Shown here piece by piece: positions 41,868-54,702 of a DNA stretch of 64,000 nucleotides (its first letter is position 1; the number at the start of each line of letters is the position of its first letter). The stretch lies in NCBI GenBank assembly GCA_951406725.2, contig OX597838.1, positions 14,632,001 to 14,696,000 on the forward strand, written 5' to 3'. The notes beneath the pieces are model-generated. The model saw nothing but the letters and a program-made list of their open reading frames with translations, ran no database searches and was not told where the DNA came from. This DNA is from Octopus vulgaris (lineage: Eukaryota). The translations under genes were made by a program, and so were the position numbers.

Positions 41868-42022
41868 TATTTGTTCAGTAGCAGTCACTAAGGTTAGGGG
41901 CGAGCGGGGGCAGGAGGGAGCCTAACTTTTTGGTTTATATATATATATGTATATATAAACCAAAAAGTTAGGCTCCCTCCCGGCCCCGCTTGCCCCTAAC
42001 CTTAGTTACTGCTACTGAACAA

Positions 42023-42025
<3 letters not shown>
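41868..42025. repeat. Long inverted repeat with (TA)n centre
   Basis: ~70 bp arms with about 4 mismatches, GC-rich in the middle of each arm. Confidence 0.95.
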
Positions 42026-42053
<28 letters not shown>

Positions 42054-42923
42054 TGTGTGTGTATATATATATGTGTGTATATATATATGTATATATATGT
42101 ATATATATATATATGTGTATATATATATGTATATATATGTATATATATATATATGTGTATATATATATGTATATATATATGTGTGTGTTTTGACAGTCTT
42201 GCTTGTTTGGAACACACACACACACACACACACGTATTCATGAAGCAGAAAGCAACAGGAATAACCAAGACGACCAGCCTATCTGACATGTTGTCTCAGT
42301 GCTTCTTAAACAAAGATTTTCCTTGTCATCTTTCTCTACTTATCTTTTTTCTTGCTCTCCATCTCTCTCTCTCTACCCCTCTCGATCCCTCTCTCTCTGT
42401 CAACTACCGTTTTCAAATTGGCATTTCCTTTTCTTCATGATTGCCAACTTGAAAGGAGAAAAGGCTAGCGACACAAAGTTTGTGTGTGTGTGTGCGTGTG
42501 CTTGCCTTTTTTTTGACCTTAAGTGACATTCCTTTACCTCCGTATCATTCAACTTGTGACATTCGATGTTGAATTCTTTTCTTTAAAATATGAATTTGTC
42601 TTCTCTGTGTGTGTATGTGTGTGGAGTTAGGGGATGTGTACACACACACACACACACGTTGGTTGTATATTTGTGGTTTGTTTATTGTTATAGTTAGATT
42701 TTCTTCCAAAAAAAATTTCGTAATTTGATGTTTGATGTTTTCTGGAAAACGTACCATGAAACCAAACAGGGGAGTTATTCAACCTGCTGGAAATAGCTAC
42801 ACAATCTCCCTCGGACTGTACCCAACACTGTTTTAAACATAGGAAGGATAAATTAGATAACGTAGTGGTGTGGCTACTCCGAACAAAAAAAGGGCCGGGT
42901 GTCCTCTCCTAAAGTTTCACAAA

Positions 42924-43335
42924 GGCGCAGGAGTGGCTGTGTGGTAAGTAGCTTGCTAACCAACCACATGGTTCCGGGTTCAGTCCCACTGCATGGCACA
43001 TTGGGCAAGTGTCTTCTACTATAGCCTCGTGCCGACCAAAGCCTTGTGAGTGGATTTGGTTGACGGAAACTGAAAGAAGCCCGTCGTATATATGTATATA
43101 TATATATATATATGTGTGTGTATGTTTGTGTGTCTGTGTTTGTCCCCCTAGCATTGCTTGACAACCGATGCTGGTGTGTTTATATCCCCGTTACTTAGCG
43201 GTTCGGCAAAAAGAGACCGATAGAATAAGTACTGAGCTTACAAAAAGAATAAGTCCCGGGGTCGAGTTGCTTGATTAAAGGCGATGCTCCAGCATGGCCT
43301 CAGTCAAATGACTGAAACAAGTAAAAGAGTAGAGT
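42924..43335 (+). mobile_element. SINE family 1, full length
   Basis: Same head, CORE segment and tail. Confidence 0.85.
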
Positions 43336-43435
43336 ATGTTCTCAAGATCCTTAAATAGCTTTTTTCCTACATTGGATATGTCTATGTAAAACAACAACAT
43401 GTACATCTTTTATCTTTTACTGGTTTCAGTCAAAG

Positions 43436-44334
43436 GCTGGGGCCATGCTGGAGCACCACCTTTCAGTATGTTTGGGTCACATTTCTGTAAATGAGTTGGA
43501 CAGAGTCGCTCTTCCTTGTGCCGCCTGCTGCGATGTGTGACTTTACATTTCAGTCGGTTCGATTTCAGATCCTCATCAATTAATTGTCTCACCTTTGACG
43601 TTTCAAATCAGCTGGCTGGGGCCATGCTGGAGCACCACCTTTCAGTATGTTTGGGTCACGTTTCTGTAAATGAGTTGGACAGAGTCGCTCTTCCTTGTGC
43701 CTCCTGCTGCGATGTGTGACTTTTACATTTCAGTCGGTTCGATTTCAGATCCTCATCAATTAATTGTCTCACCTTTGACGTTTCAAATCAGCTGGCTGGG
43801 GCCATGCTGGAGCACCACCTTTCAGTATGTTTGGGTCACGTTTCTGTAAATGAGTTGGACAGAGTCGCTCTTCCTTGTGCCTCCTGCTGCGATGTGTGAC
43901 TTTTACATTTCAGTCGGTTCGATTTCAGATCCTCATCAATTAATTGTCTCACCTTTGATGTTTCAAATCAGCTGGCTGGGGCCATGCTGGAGCACCACCT
44001 TTCAGTATGTTTGGGTCACGTTTCTGTAAATGAGTTGGACAGAGTCGCTCTTCCTTGTGCCTCCTGCTGCGATGTGTGACTTTTACATTTCAGTCGGTTC
44101 GATTTCAGATCCTCATCAATTAATTGTCTCACCTTTGACGTTTCAAATCAGCTGGCTGGGGCCATGCTGGAGCACCACCTTTCAGTATGTTTGGGTCACG
44201 TTTCTGTAAATGAGTTGGACAGAGTCGCTCTTCCTTGTGCCTCCTGCTGCGATGTGTGACTTTTACATTTCAGTCGGTTCGATTTCAGATCCTCATCAAT
44301 TAATTGTCTCACCTTTGACGTTTCAAATCAGCTG
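43436..44334. repeat. Tandem array, 180 bp unit x5
   Basis: Units start at 43436, 43615, 43795, 43975 and 44155. Units 2-5 are essentially identical. Confidence 0.97.
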
Positions 44335-44750
44335 AAAAGTTGATTTGATCCCCAGTCGTTATTGGGTGTCTCGACAACATCTGCATTTTCGTTTCCATCA
44401 GTTTAATCTCCAGACATCAGGTGTCTCATCAACATTTCTATTACATGTCAAATAGTTTGGACAGCAAAAATGATTAAATGTCTTCTTATTGAATATTAAA
44501 ACAATGCTTCATCTGAAGTAACACAGTACTAACAGTTATTATATTTTCACAATAATTCATGCCAGACATTTAAAACTTGATGTAATGTATTTTGCTTTCT
44601 GAATATTACTCCTCCTCCTCTATATTCCAGTCTCACATCTACGATAATAGTGCAAAACGAAAAAAAAAAAAAAAGAAAAAAAAGAAAAAAAATCCAAAGG
44701 AATTTTATATAAACCATCATCATTATTGTGTGTGTACACACACACACACG

Positions 44751-44789
<39 letters not shown>

Positions 44790-44793
<4 letters not shown>

Positions 44794-45293
44794 TAAGCAA
44801 TAAAGGGTTTAGCAACGAATTGCCTTACCACAGACCGAATTTAGAAATAGCAGTCAAAGAGTTATAGCTATTTCTTCTACTAAAAAGGGAGATCTCAGTA
44901 AAAAACACAGCAATTGGAAGGCAGACACAAACAGGTAAGAGAGAATGAATTGACGGCAATCTATCATACAATTTTAAGTTATCTACAATTTTAAGTTATC
45001 CGTAGATAACTTAAAATTGTATGATAGATTGCCGTCAATTCATTCTCTCTTACCTGTTTGTGTCTGCCTTCCAATTGCTGTGTTTTTTACTGAGATCTCC
45101 CTTTTAGTAGAAGAAATAGCTATAACTCTTTGACTGCTATTTCTAAATTCGGTCTGTGGTAAGGCAATTCGTTGCTAAACCCTTTATTGCTTAGTATTAC
45201 TTAAATTTTCCTCGAATGAGGCTTTTACATGCCGAAGACTACTTGGTGTAATTGATAATTATTCCAAATTAATTAATTTCACCCTTCATTATT

Positions 45294-45298
<5 letters not shown>
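44790..45298. mobile_element. (TA)n-embedded insert with ~196 bp fold-back inverted repeat plus unique tail
   Basis: 44790-44986 is a near-perfect reverse complement of 45002-45197. The spacer is 15 nt, followed by ~100 bp of unique tail and then (TA)n. Confidence 0.7.
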
Positions 45299-45330
<32 letters not shown>

Positions 45331-45334
<4 letters not shown>

Positions 45335-45537
45335 TGCTTTATTTAAAAGCAGCAGAAATTCAACAAAACCTGTTACTCGGAGTTTCACGTTCCCGTTTGT
45401 TGGATGAACGGGAACGTGAAACTCCAAGTAACAGGTTTTGTTGAATTTTCTGCTGCTTTTAAATAAAGCATATTACTCTACCCCTGGTATTTGAGTACTC
45501 TTTTTTCCACCTTGTTTCACATTTATGTGTTTACTCT

Positions 45538-45539
<2 letters not shown>
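45331..45539. mobile_element. (TA)n-embedded fold-back insert with hammerhead-like core in both arms
   Basis: Arms 45331-45397 and 45407-45474. GATGA-ACG-ggaa-CGT-GAAAC-tccaa-GTA-acagg at 45403-45435. ~65 bp unique tail, then (TA)n. Confidence 0.65.
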
Positions 45540-45585
<46 letters not shown>

Positions 45586-47469
45586 TATATTCCCTCATAT
45601 AAATTTAGCTGTCTTGTTATTTTATATATATATATTCCCTCATATAAATTTAGTGGTCTTGTTTCTTCTCTCGTGTGTGTGTGTAAAGTTTAGTGTTTTT
45701 GTTGTTGTTTTTTTCTCTCATTATACCTGTCTCTCACTTAACTGGTTATAATGTCTGCAGAGCATGAAATACCAAACTGTTGGAGATTGGGTTGGAAAAT
45801 ATTAAGAAGCTGAGTGCTTACTTAATGAATGTAAATAACACTACACTGTGTGTGTGTGTGTGTGTGTGTGTGTTTGTATATTTTTCAGCTGGCAAAATAC
45901 GTAATGGATTGCGTAACTATTATTAGTTCCACACACTTGCATATACACACACACATATATGTATATATATAATGTTAGATGTATTCTATGAATTTAAATG
46001 GAATCAGGAAGCAAGCAATGTTTGAGATCCTACCACCAATCTATGTCTACTTTTGCTCTCACTTTTCCTTTCTCCAACAAATTATAACAGCATTTGGAGA
46101 GAGGGACCTGTTATGGTTGACTGACTATCTGAAGACCCCCATGTCTTCTCTGGGTGATCTGGCAATCCATCATAAGCCACACAGATTCTCTTCTCTTTTT
46201 CTTGCACTAGACCTTTCTAACACAGCTCTGTATAAATCAGCAGGATTTAGTCAATAAATGATATAAGTAATGGTAATCTTTATAATGGTATTTCAAGTCA
46301 ATATAATGATTGATTAAAATGGTGGAGCATCAGATAAAAACAATGTTTAGTATTTAATTACAGTTCTTCACAGTCTGGGTTCAAATCCTAAATCCTTTTG
46401 TGAGCTTTGAGCTTTACCGTCCAGCCTTTAATCAATGAAATAAAGTAGCAGCCGAGTCCAAAATTTGTAGCCTTGGAGTTGGTGTTTGAAATTGTTATTA
46501 TTTTAGGTCCCCTGTTGTGTGCATGTGCATGTATGCCTGAGTGGGAATGCTTGCTTTCGCGTCTTCCCTTTGTCTTGATGTGTTGACATGTGCACACTGA
46601 TTGTAAACAGGTCATAACTATATAAACATTTGTGTGACAGTGAGTTTACAATACTCTGTGAAAAGCATGTTTGGCTATTAAGCCATTTGTTCTTCAAAGG
46701 ATTAGAAGAAATATTACCTTATTTGGAAGGAGGTGCAGTTTGGTGATAGACAGAGCATCTGGCTTTGATGATTATATATCTATGCATGTGTGTGTATTTG
46801 TATATATCATCATCATCATCGTTTAACGTCCGTTCTCCATGCTAGCATGGGTTGGACGGTTCAACTGGGGTCTGGGAAGCCAGAAGGCTGCACCAGGCTC
46901 CAGTCTGATCTGGCAGTGTTTCTACAGCTGGATCCCCTTCCTATCGCCAACCACTCCGTGAGTGTAGTGGGTGCTTTTTACATGCCACCTGCACAGGTGC
47001 CAGACGAGGCTGGCAAACGGCCACGATCAGATGGTGCTTTTTACGTGCCACCGGCACGGGATATATAGGTAATAATTTTAAATTTGGGTATACACATGGT
47101 AGTATGCTGTTTAAAGCACATTCACTGTCTTTGGGTGCCTGATGTCATCAACAATATAAGGTACAAGTATCATTGGATTTACTTCAGGAATTTTGTTGTG
47201 TTGGTCAAATATATAACAAATGAGAGAAAGGGGAAATGGAATTCATGTGAATCCTTAATGATCACTATGATACTTTCAACTCATCGTGTGTGTTTATTGT
47301 GCAAGGGAGCTTTTGAAAAGTCACTTGGCAAGTGGCATATGCACAAAATAATGCACCACAGCCGGTTGTTCCAAATCTCATTTGCGAGGGACTGATGCAA
47401 GATGGGTTAAAATGATCGTAGTGATTAATAATCTTGTGAATTCCATTTTCTCCTCTCATTTGTTATATA

Positions 47470-47509
<40 letters not shown>

Positions 47510-47893
47510 CTCTTTTACATGTTTCAGTCATTTGACTGCGGCCATGCTGGAGCACCGCCTTTAGTCGAGCAAATCGACCCCGGGTCTTATTCTTTGTAAG
47601 CCCAGTACTTATTCTATCGGTCTCTTTTGTCGAACCGTTAAGTGGTGGGGACGTAAACACACCAGCATCGGTTGTCAAGCAATGCTAGGGGTACAAACAC
47701 AGACACATACACATACATACATACACATATATACGACAGGTTTCTTTCAGTTTCCGTCTACCAAATCCACTCACAAGGCTTTGGTCGGCCCGGGGCTATA
47801 GCAGAAGACACTTGCCCAAGATGCCACGCAGTGGGACTGAACTCGGGACCATGTGGTTGGTTAGCAAGCTACTTACCACATAGCCACTCCTGC
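47510..47893 (-). mobile_element. SINE family 1, full length
   Basis: Reverse-complement copy. Confidence 0.85.
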
Positions 47894-48341
47894 TGTATAT
47901 ATATTTGTGTGTGTGTGGTTATGAGAGAGAAAGAGAGCTTGAGTAGTCTTGCTTTAAAACTCCAAGACAGTTTGCTGACATGATGAACTAATTATTGCAT
48001 ATAGCTATATAAATATACAATCCGTGTGGAGTCTGGCTAAGCTGGGGTTTAATGAAGTCCTTCTATGGCAAGAATTGCATTCCTTTCTCCTCGCAGGACA
48101 TTTACACATGTGTAAACTGGTGAATCACTTCACAGTGAGACTGTACATGTATTTTTAAATGAAAATAACTCCTGTCATTTCCCTTTAGCTCTTTTCATTA
48201 ACCTTACACTCTTCATCTGCGTACGCTGCTTCCCAACACATCATTTATGCAAAGAAGGGCTTGTATCTGTAACAACTGAACTTCTCTTTGGCTCATCATC
48301 ATCATGGGAAATACTTTATCCTGTTTTATGAATTTTATTAA

Positions 48342-48791
48342 CCCTTTAGCATTTAACCCTTTCGTATTCAGATTATTTTATCAAACGTAATGTTTTTTTC
48401 ATTGACATTGTTTATAATTAATCATGCTTTATTTTATAACTATAAAGTTTTCATGATGAGATTGTATATTTCTAGAATGGCATTGAAGGGTAAGTGTGAT
48501 AGGTTGGATCTGACTAGTTAAAACATAAAGCAGGTAGAATATTTGGGCCGGATATGGCCTGTTTAAATACTAAAGGGTTAAACCAGCAATATCGAGCCAG
48601 CCTAAATATTCTGCTTGTTTTTTGTTCAAACTAGCCAGATCTTGCTTCTCACACCTATCCGAGAATGTTATTCAAAAAAATAAATGCTCTTATCATAGAA
48701 ACCTCAAAGCTACAAGATAATTCATGATTAATTCAAATTGATCTGAATAAATAAGCACTACATTTAACAGACTAATCTGAATACGAAAGGG
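48342..48791. mobile_element. piggyBac-type MITE family B with nested inverted family B copy (48357-48577)
   Basis: TTAA at 48338-41 and 48792-95 (outer) and at 48353-56 and 48578-81 (inner). Confidence 0.8.
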
Positions 48792-50439
48792 TTAATTAAG
48801 TTATCTACTAAGCACTATAAATATTTGTCCTATTTGTTGGTTGCTTATATCAGTTACCAGACCAATGAACTAAGCTGGATATTATACAAGGACTTTGACA
48901 GGCACTTAGAAACTAAGCCTTGGTTACACTTGGATATTAACAGGCTCCTGTGAACTTGGTATTAGTTACATTTGTATTTTGAGAGGCTGATGGTTCTAAT
49001 TATTACGTTGGCAAATATGATAAAGTCTATATTGGGTTTAATGTGGTCATTGTTTGACTGAAATATGTCTAGAGTTGCTTCATAGTTTCTGATATAACAG
49101 AAATATTTGTCACAAGTTTGATATTACTCCATTGTCCCCCACTTATGGATATATTTCTTTTATAATCACAATGGCTTAATACTGACTAGTTGATGGATTT
49201 TACTTCGACAAAGTTCAATGGATTGAGTCAGGTCATGTGAACTCTGTTAATGAAATGAGGACTAAAGTACTTAAAGTAGTTGACCCAAACACATTTTTTT
49301 ATCAGTTAAAATTACATCTACAACGAAGAGGAAAACCATTAATTGCTGTCAAGAAAGGCAAGGGTGATAACTCTGAAATTTCATTCATCTTAGCCTCATC
49401 TCTTTTAAGGTGGGTTCTGAAGTTTAATTAGATGACTTTAAAAGAAAATATCTATTATTTAGTCAGATTGTTCTCTTCCTTTCTCCGTCTGTGTCTCTCC
49501 CCCTCCCCTGCTCTTCGGTGAGGTTAGATACCATTAATAACCAAGTTTTGTTAGTATTGTTGTTAATGGTGATTCATCCATTATCTTTGTTTCATCTCAA
49601 TCTGTCTGGTACCCACCTAACTTACTCCAATCTCTTCCATCCACATCTCCCTCTCTCCCTCTCTCCCTCTCTCTCTCTTTGTCTCTTTAATACTTTTTCA
49701 GAGATTTATATCTTTATTCATTAAATTGCAGTGTGTCCTTATCTAATTGTAATTTGCTTCATACACATGTCATCTTAATTATCATCTATGCAAAACTATG
49801 CAAAGGCAATCTGCTGGCATCTTGCCTATTCCTGTTTACTTGTAAACACAGGCCGTGCTACAGCATGGAAGTACACTCTAGTGATTAAATAGTTGATAGC
49901 CACTCTACTGTAACTGCTACTGTGTATTATAGGATGACTGTGCAAACATTGAACATTGAAATTTTATTTACTTTCAGAATAAAAATTGGAATTTAAATCT
50001 ATATTTACATTTTAATGATGGTAGTAAACCGAAACTAAACTGCAATAATTCTTTGTAGTTTTGGCACAAGTCCAGTACTTTCGAGGGGAAAGAGGGCAAT
50101 CAATTATGTTGACCTTGGAAGTTAACTGGTACTTCATTTTATTGACCCTCAAAAGGACGGTTTTTTTTAATGAAATACACTACCTGAATGTTATGAGTTT
50201 GTTCTTATATGAGCCTTGGGTTGATCAAAGTCTTTAGGGTTGAAATAAGTCGGTGGGAAATGTGATGAAGGGTGGTAAACTTAAATCCCTCATTATTTTC
50301 AAAATTAATTGAAAAAAGGTAGCACATTTCAATAGAAAATTATTTGAACAATAGGGTTAAAATAATTAAGAATATGCAGCTATTTGGATCAGTAATCAAC
50401 TTTATCATTAAACTTGTGTTTGGAATGTAGCAAAACGTA

Positions 50440-50890
50440 AATGTATATGTTGACATATTAATATGTTATATTAACAATATTTGTTGGCAGGAAAACATTA
50501 TATCTTTTACTTCTTTCAGTCATTAGACCGTGGCCATGCTGGAGGACCACCTTGTTGATATATTAGCATTATATATTGGCATATTAACAGTATATGAGTA
50601 TATTAACATTATGTTGGCACATTTGCAGTATGTACTAGCGTATTAATATATATATTGGTATAGTGACAATATATGCTCACCATATTACCAATATTGGTTC
50701 CTTTATTGATAATATAGTGACACTAACATGTTGCTATATTGACAATATATGTTGGCATATTAACAATATATAGTGACATATTAAGATTTGTTGGCCATAT
50801 TGCCAATATATGTTGGTATATCACACCTTGGTATATTAACAATATGTGTTGTCATTAACAAAATATATTGTCATATTAATAATATATTTT
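50440..50890. repeat. Degenerate ~21 bp minisatellite
   Basis: Recurring variants of catattaacaatatatgttgg. Confidence 0.75.
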
Positions 50891-51415
50891 GACACAACTC
50901 AATAAAAGAGTTTCTTATATAAAATTTTGATGGAAAATTCAATATCAGTCCGAAATATTCTTTCTGTTTGATGTTCAAACTGGCCAGATCTAGCCTATCA
51001 TGCCTACCTCACAAAGTAAACAATCACACATCATCAAAATCTCAAATCTACAAGATAATGCATGATAAATTCAAAACGATGATAATAAACAGGCATTGCT
51101 TTTGACAGAATAATCTCAACGCTACAAAGTTAAATATAAAATCTTTTGGAGATTCTGCTGGGGTTTTTTTTTTGTTTTTTTTTTATCATGGAATTAACTA
51201 GAGGTAGGTTTTGGTCACATTGTTTTTAATTAATCGTGTATTATTTTGTGGCTTCAAAATTATGATGATGTAATTTTAAATTTTATAATAACAGAGACGG
51301 GTAGATGTAATAGGCTGGATCTGGCTGGCTACAAGCTAAAACAGATAGCATATTTGGGCCGGATAGGGTCAGTTTAAATGCTAAAGGGTTTATATGTTGT
51401 AATAGAAAGGGTTAA

Positions 51416-51639
51416 CCCTTTAACATTCAGATTACTCTGTCAAATGTAAAGCCTGTTTAATCACATTGTTTTAAATTAATTGTACAGCATCTTGTAACTC
51501 TGAGATTTTGATGATGTCTCTGTTTATTTTTAGAATGACTTTGTAGGGTAGGTGTGAGAGGTCAGAGCTGGCTGGCTGGTTTGAGCATAAAACAGGAAGA
51601 CAATTTTGGCCTGGTATGGCCGGTTTAAACACTAAAGGG
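51416..51639. mobile_element. piggyBac-type MITE family B
   Basis: TTAA|CCCTTTA...CTAAAGGG|TTAA. Older partial copies lie at ~50945-51132 and ~51210-51388. Confidence 0.8.
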
Positions 51640-53074
51640 TTAAGAATAGTAGTTTTTGTTCATTCAGATGTTCCAAAGTAGAAAACTGATTTGCTAATTG
51701 ACTTTTTGTTTTTCTTCCTTAAATGTCTTTTATGCTTGTCTAGAACTGTTGAAGGGGTTACATCAGTGTTTTTAAAAGTGGGTGGGTGGGGGATAAGTTG
51801 ATTCCGAATGAGCTACAAGTAAGTAACAAGTGAATAAAAACTTGTTATAAAGTTTTAATTAAAACATCTTTTATAAACTCTCATATATAGAATGTTCTGT
51901 TCATGGTGGGGACACAGCTTTTTTTTTTTTTTTTCATTGAGGTGGGTTGTGGGACAAAAAGGTTGTAAAAACACAAGGACTTGTAAATAAATATTATGGG
52001 TATCTTGCTTGTGAAAGTGGTTGTTGTGAATCTGCTTTGGGATGGGGGAGGTCTCAAAATGAGTTAAGTGAGGTCTGTTTGGGGTGTTTGAGAGAAGGAA
52101 TGTACAAAATTACACTGGAGGAAGATAACTTCTCTTTAGTTTGTGGAATGATGTTTAAGTTGATATGCTGCTGATGAGGGAAGGAGGCAAGAATCTTTTT
52201 AAATGTTTGCTGGAAAATATCAGTAACTTCCATCTCCCAATGGTAAATTTATCCAAAGTTGTGAATTTTACTCAGTGACCTCTGCCAACACAGACTGAAA
52301 ACCATTACTAGTCTGCTTGAACTGACAAGTGAGCCTCTATGTGGTTGCTCAACATGCCAAAAATAGCAGCCAGGTCTTCCACAAATCGCACCCCATCCTT
52401 TTAAAAAAGTGCTTATTGGGGACTTTAGTTCTGGGTTTGCTGCATATACTTATCCTCAACTTGGGGCTCTAAACGACCACCACCACCACCACCACCACAA
52501 CTGCTACAAATTTCCTCACACTCTGGTTTTTAATATCTTTCATTGAATCTTTATGCCTGCCCATCTTGTAAAATCTTGAATGACTGATAATAGAGCTTTT
52601 CAGAAAGGAGGTTACTAGGTTTAATTAATTATGCTGATTAAACTAAAAGATGTAATTGAATTTTGAAGAAATTGTGGAAAGGAAATTGTTTTGGCATTAT
52701 AATTTATTTTTGTTCAGTTTGTACTCTCTATTGTGGATATTGTATTTCTTGTAGATGGCATTATAATAAGGGGCCCTAAAAACAAAAAATTAAGAATAGC
52801 TAAATCTAAATAAAATTAGGCCACCGAGGGGGGCTTTTATAAGGCCACTCAGCCAAACAGTCAAATGTTTTCCTCAAATCATAGTAGCCATTTCAGAATA
52901 ATAGACAAGTAAAACTCTAAATAATGTTCATCCTGGATGGGCAGCTAATTAGGTGTGGAGGTCGTGTCAGAATGACGAGGACTGCCATGTCTTTGATCAA
53001 AGGTCTGCTTGATTTGGGGCTGACCTTGGGCTAAAGAGCAGCATCAAAAGCTGTACAAAATCCTTCTTGCAGAA

Positions 53075-53302
53075 GGCGAACTGGCAGAAACGTTAGCACA
53101 CCGGGCGAAATGCGTAGCTGGATTTCGTCTGCCGTTACGTTCTGAGTTCAAATTCCGCTGAGGTTGACTTTGCCTTTCATCCTTCCGGGGTCGATAAATT
53201 AAGTACCAGTTACGCACTGGGGTTGATATAATCGACTTAATCCGTTTGTCTGTCCTTGTTTGTCCCACTCTGTGTTTAGCCCCTTGTGGGTAGTAAAGAA
53301 AT
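53075..53302 (+). mobile_element. Deu/Nin-domain SINE (family 2)
   Basis: gagttcaaattcc B box, then gcctttcatccttccggggtcgataaattaagtaccag. Confidence 0.75.
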
Positions 53303-53728
53303 GAGTAAGTAGGTTACTGTCTGTACACACACACACACCACAAACATACGCAGTTCTCTTCGTGGTTGTAGTTTTTGAATTGTGACCATGCTGGTGCCCT
53401 GCATTTAGGGGTTTAACGTGTTCGTATCAACCCAAGCGTATGCATCTGTTAACCGTTCCTATTTACCAAACCTGCAAGTTGCAGAACATGAAGGAATGCA
53501 AAATAAACAACAGCGCCAACGACGCACAAAAAGGCTCTCCAGAGTTTACTGCCTACCAAATTCCATTAGCAAAGTATTGTACCACCCAAAAGGCTTTGGT
53601 AGAAAGAAGACTCCCAAGCTACCATGCGGTTGCTAAGCAAACTTTTATCCGCACAGCCATGCCTTATACATACATTGTGTAAGCGAGTGTGTATACGCAT
53701 GCATTGATATATATATACATACATATAT

Positions 53729-53775
<47 letters not shown>

Positions 53776-53782
53776 TACATAC

Positions 53783-53814
<32 letters not shown>

Positions 53815-54702
53815 ATACAGACATATCTACGTACACAGGCATGTTTGTGTTATAAATACCCAGAAGCTGATTAGTTGCAAGTAGTGACTGCTGGTATCTA
53901 CCCTCCCCCCACTGCCCCCCCCCCCAACACATTTCCTTCCTAAATGGTTTCTATGTTACTAAACATATAAATACTACAGCAAATATTATCACAGAGCACA
54001 AGTTAAGATAGATAGTAGCTGACAGTAGAAAGTTAGCTTCTAGTGAGAAAGAAAATATGTGGCAGAATTTAGGCTGTGTAGTAGTCGGGTGGTGTTGTGT
54101 ACAGACTGAATATAGGAGGAGTGGTGGTCATGTTGAATAACACCAAGCTGATGCTGATTCAGTAAAGGCATCTATAATCAAAGGTGTTCCAACTATGACG
54201 ATGATTGCATCGCTTACTCAGTGTGTTTCCTTTCAAGATGATATGGTGTAATACGAAGAAGATTTGGTTGCTATTTCTAGCAAATCAAGCAGCCACATAA
54301 AGGTTTCTTCATTGGCTTGTCATAGATAGGAAATAAGTAATTTAGCCTGGGTCAGCCGTGGCTTTGCAAATCAATGATCAAATGCTTTCCAGCTTTAACC
54401 AACTAATTGCTCTAATATATCAGTGACTACATTGTCCAGTGTGCCTGTCTTTTTTTAAGATAGAGATAATTGTAAGCTGCTATTTCTTGCTGGTCAAGTG
54501 ACTATGTAGAGGCTCCTGAGTTAGTTGCTTGCATTTTTGATATCCGATCAGTCAGGAGCTGCAGCTGTTGTTGCCATTTTTCGCAGTAATGCCAAAGTAC
54601 TTCTCCAAGGTGCTAGCTTTTGGCTGGGTGTATGGAGATCTTGGGGTTGCCCAGATGCTAGAACCCCACCTCTTCTCAGCCTTGTGCTAGATCATGTATG
54701 AG

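Noticed and set aside
43436-44334. CRISPR array or repeated coding exons
   Set aside because: No spacers, and no continuous ORF across units.
45208-45245. Functional hammerhead (CGAAUGA-GGC...GCC-GAAGAC)
   Set aside because: Both core strands deviate and stems I and III could not be formed; at most a remnant.
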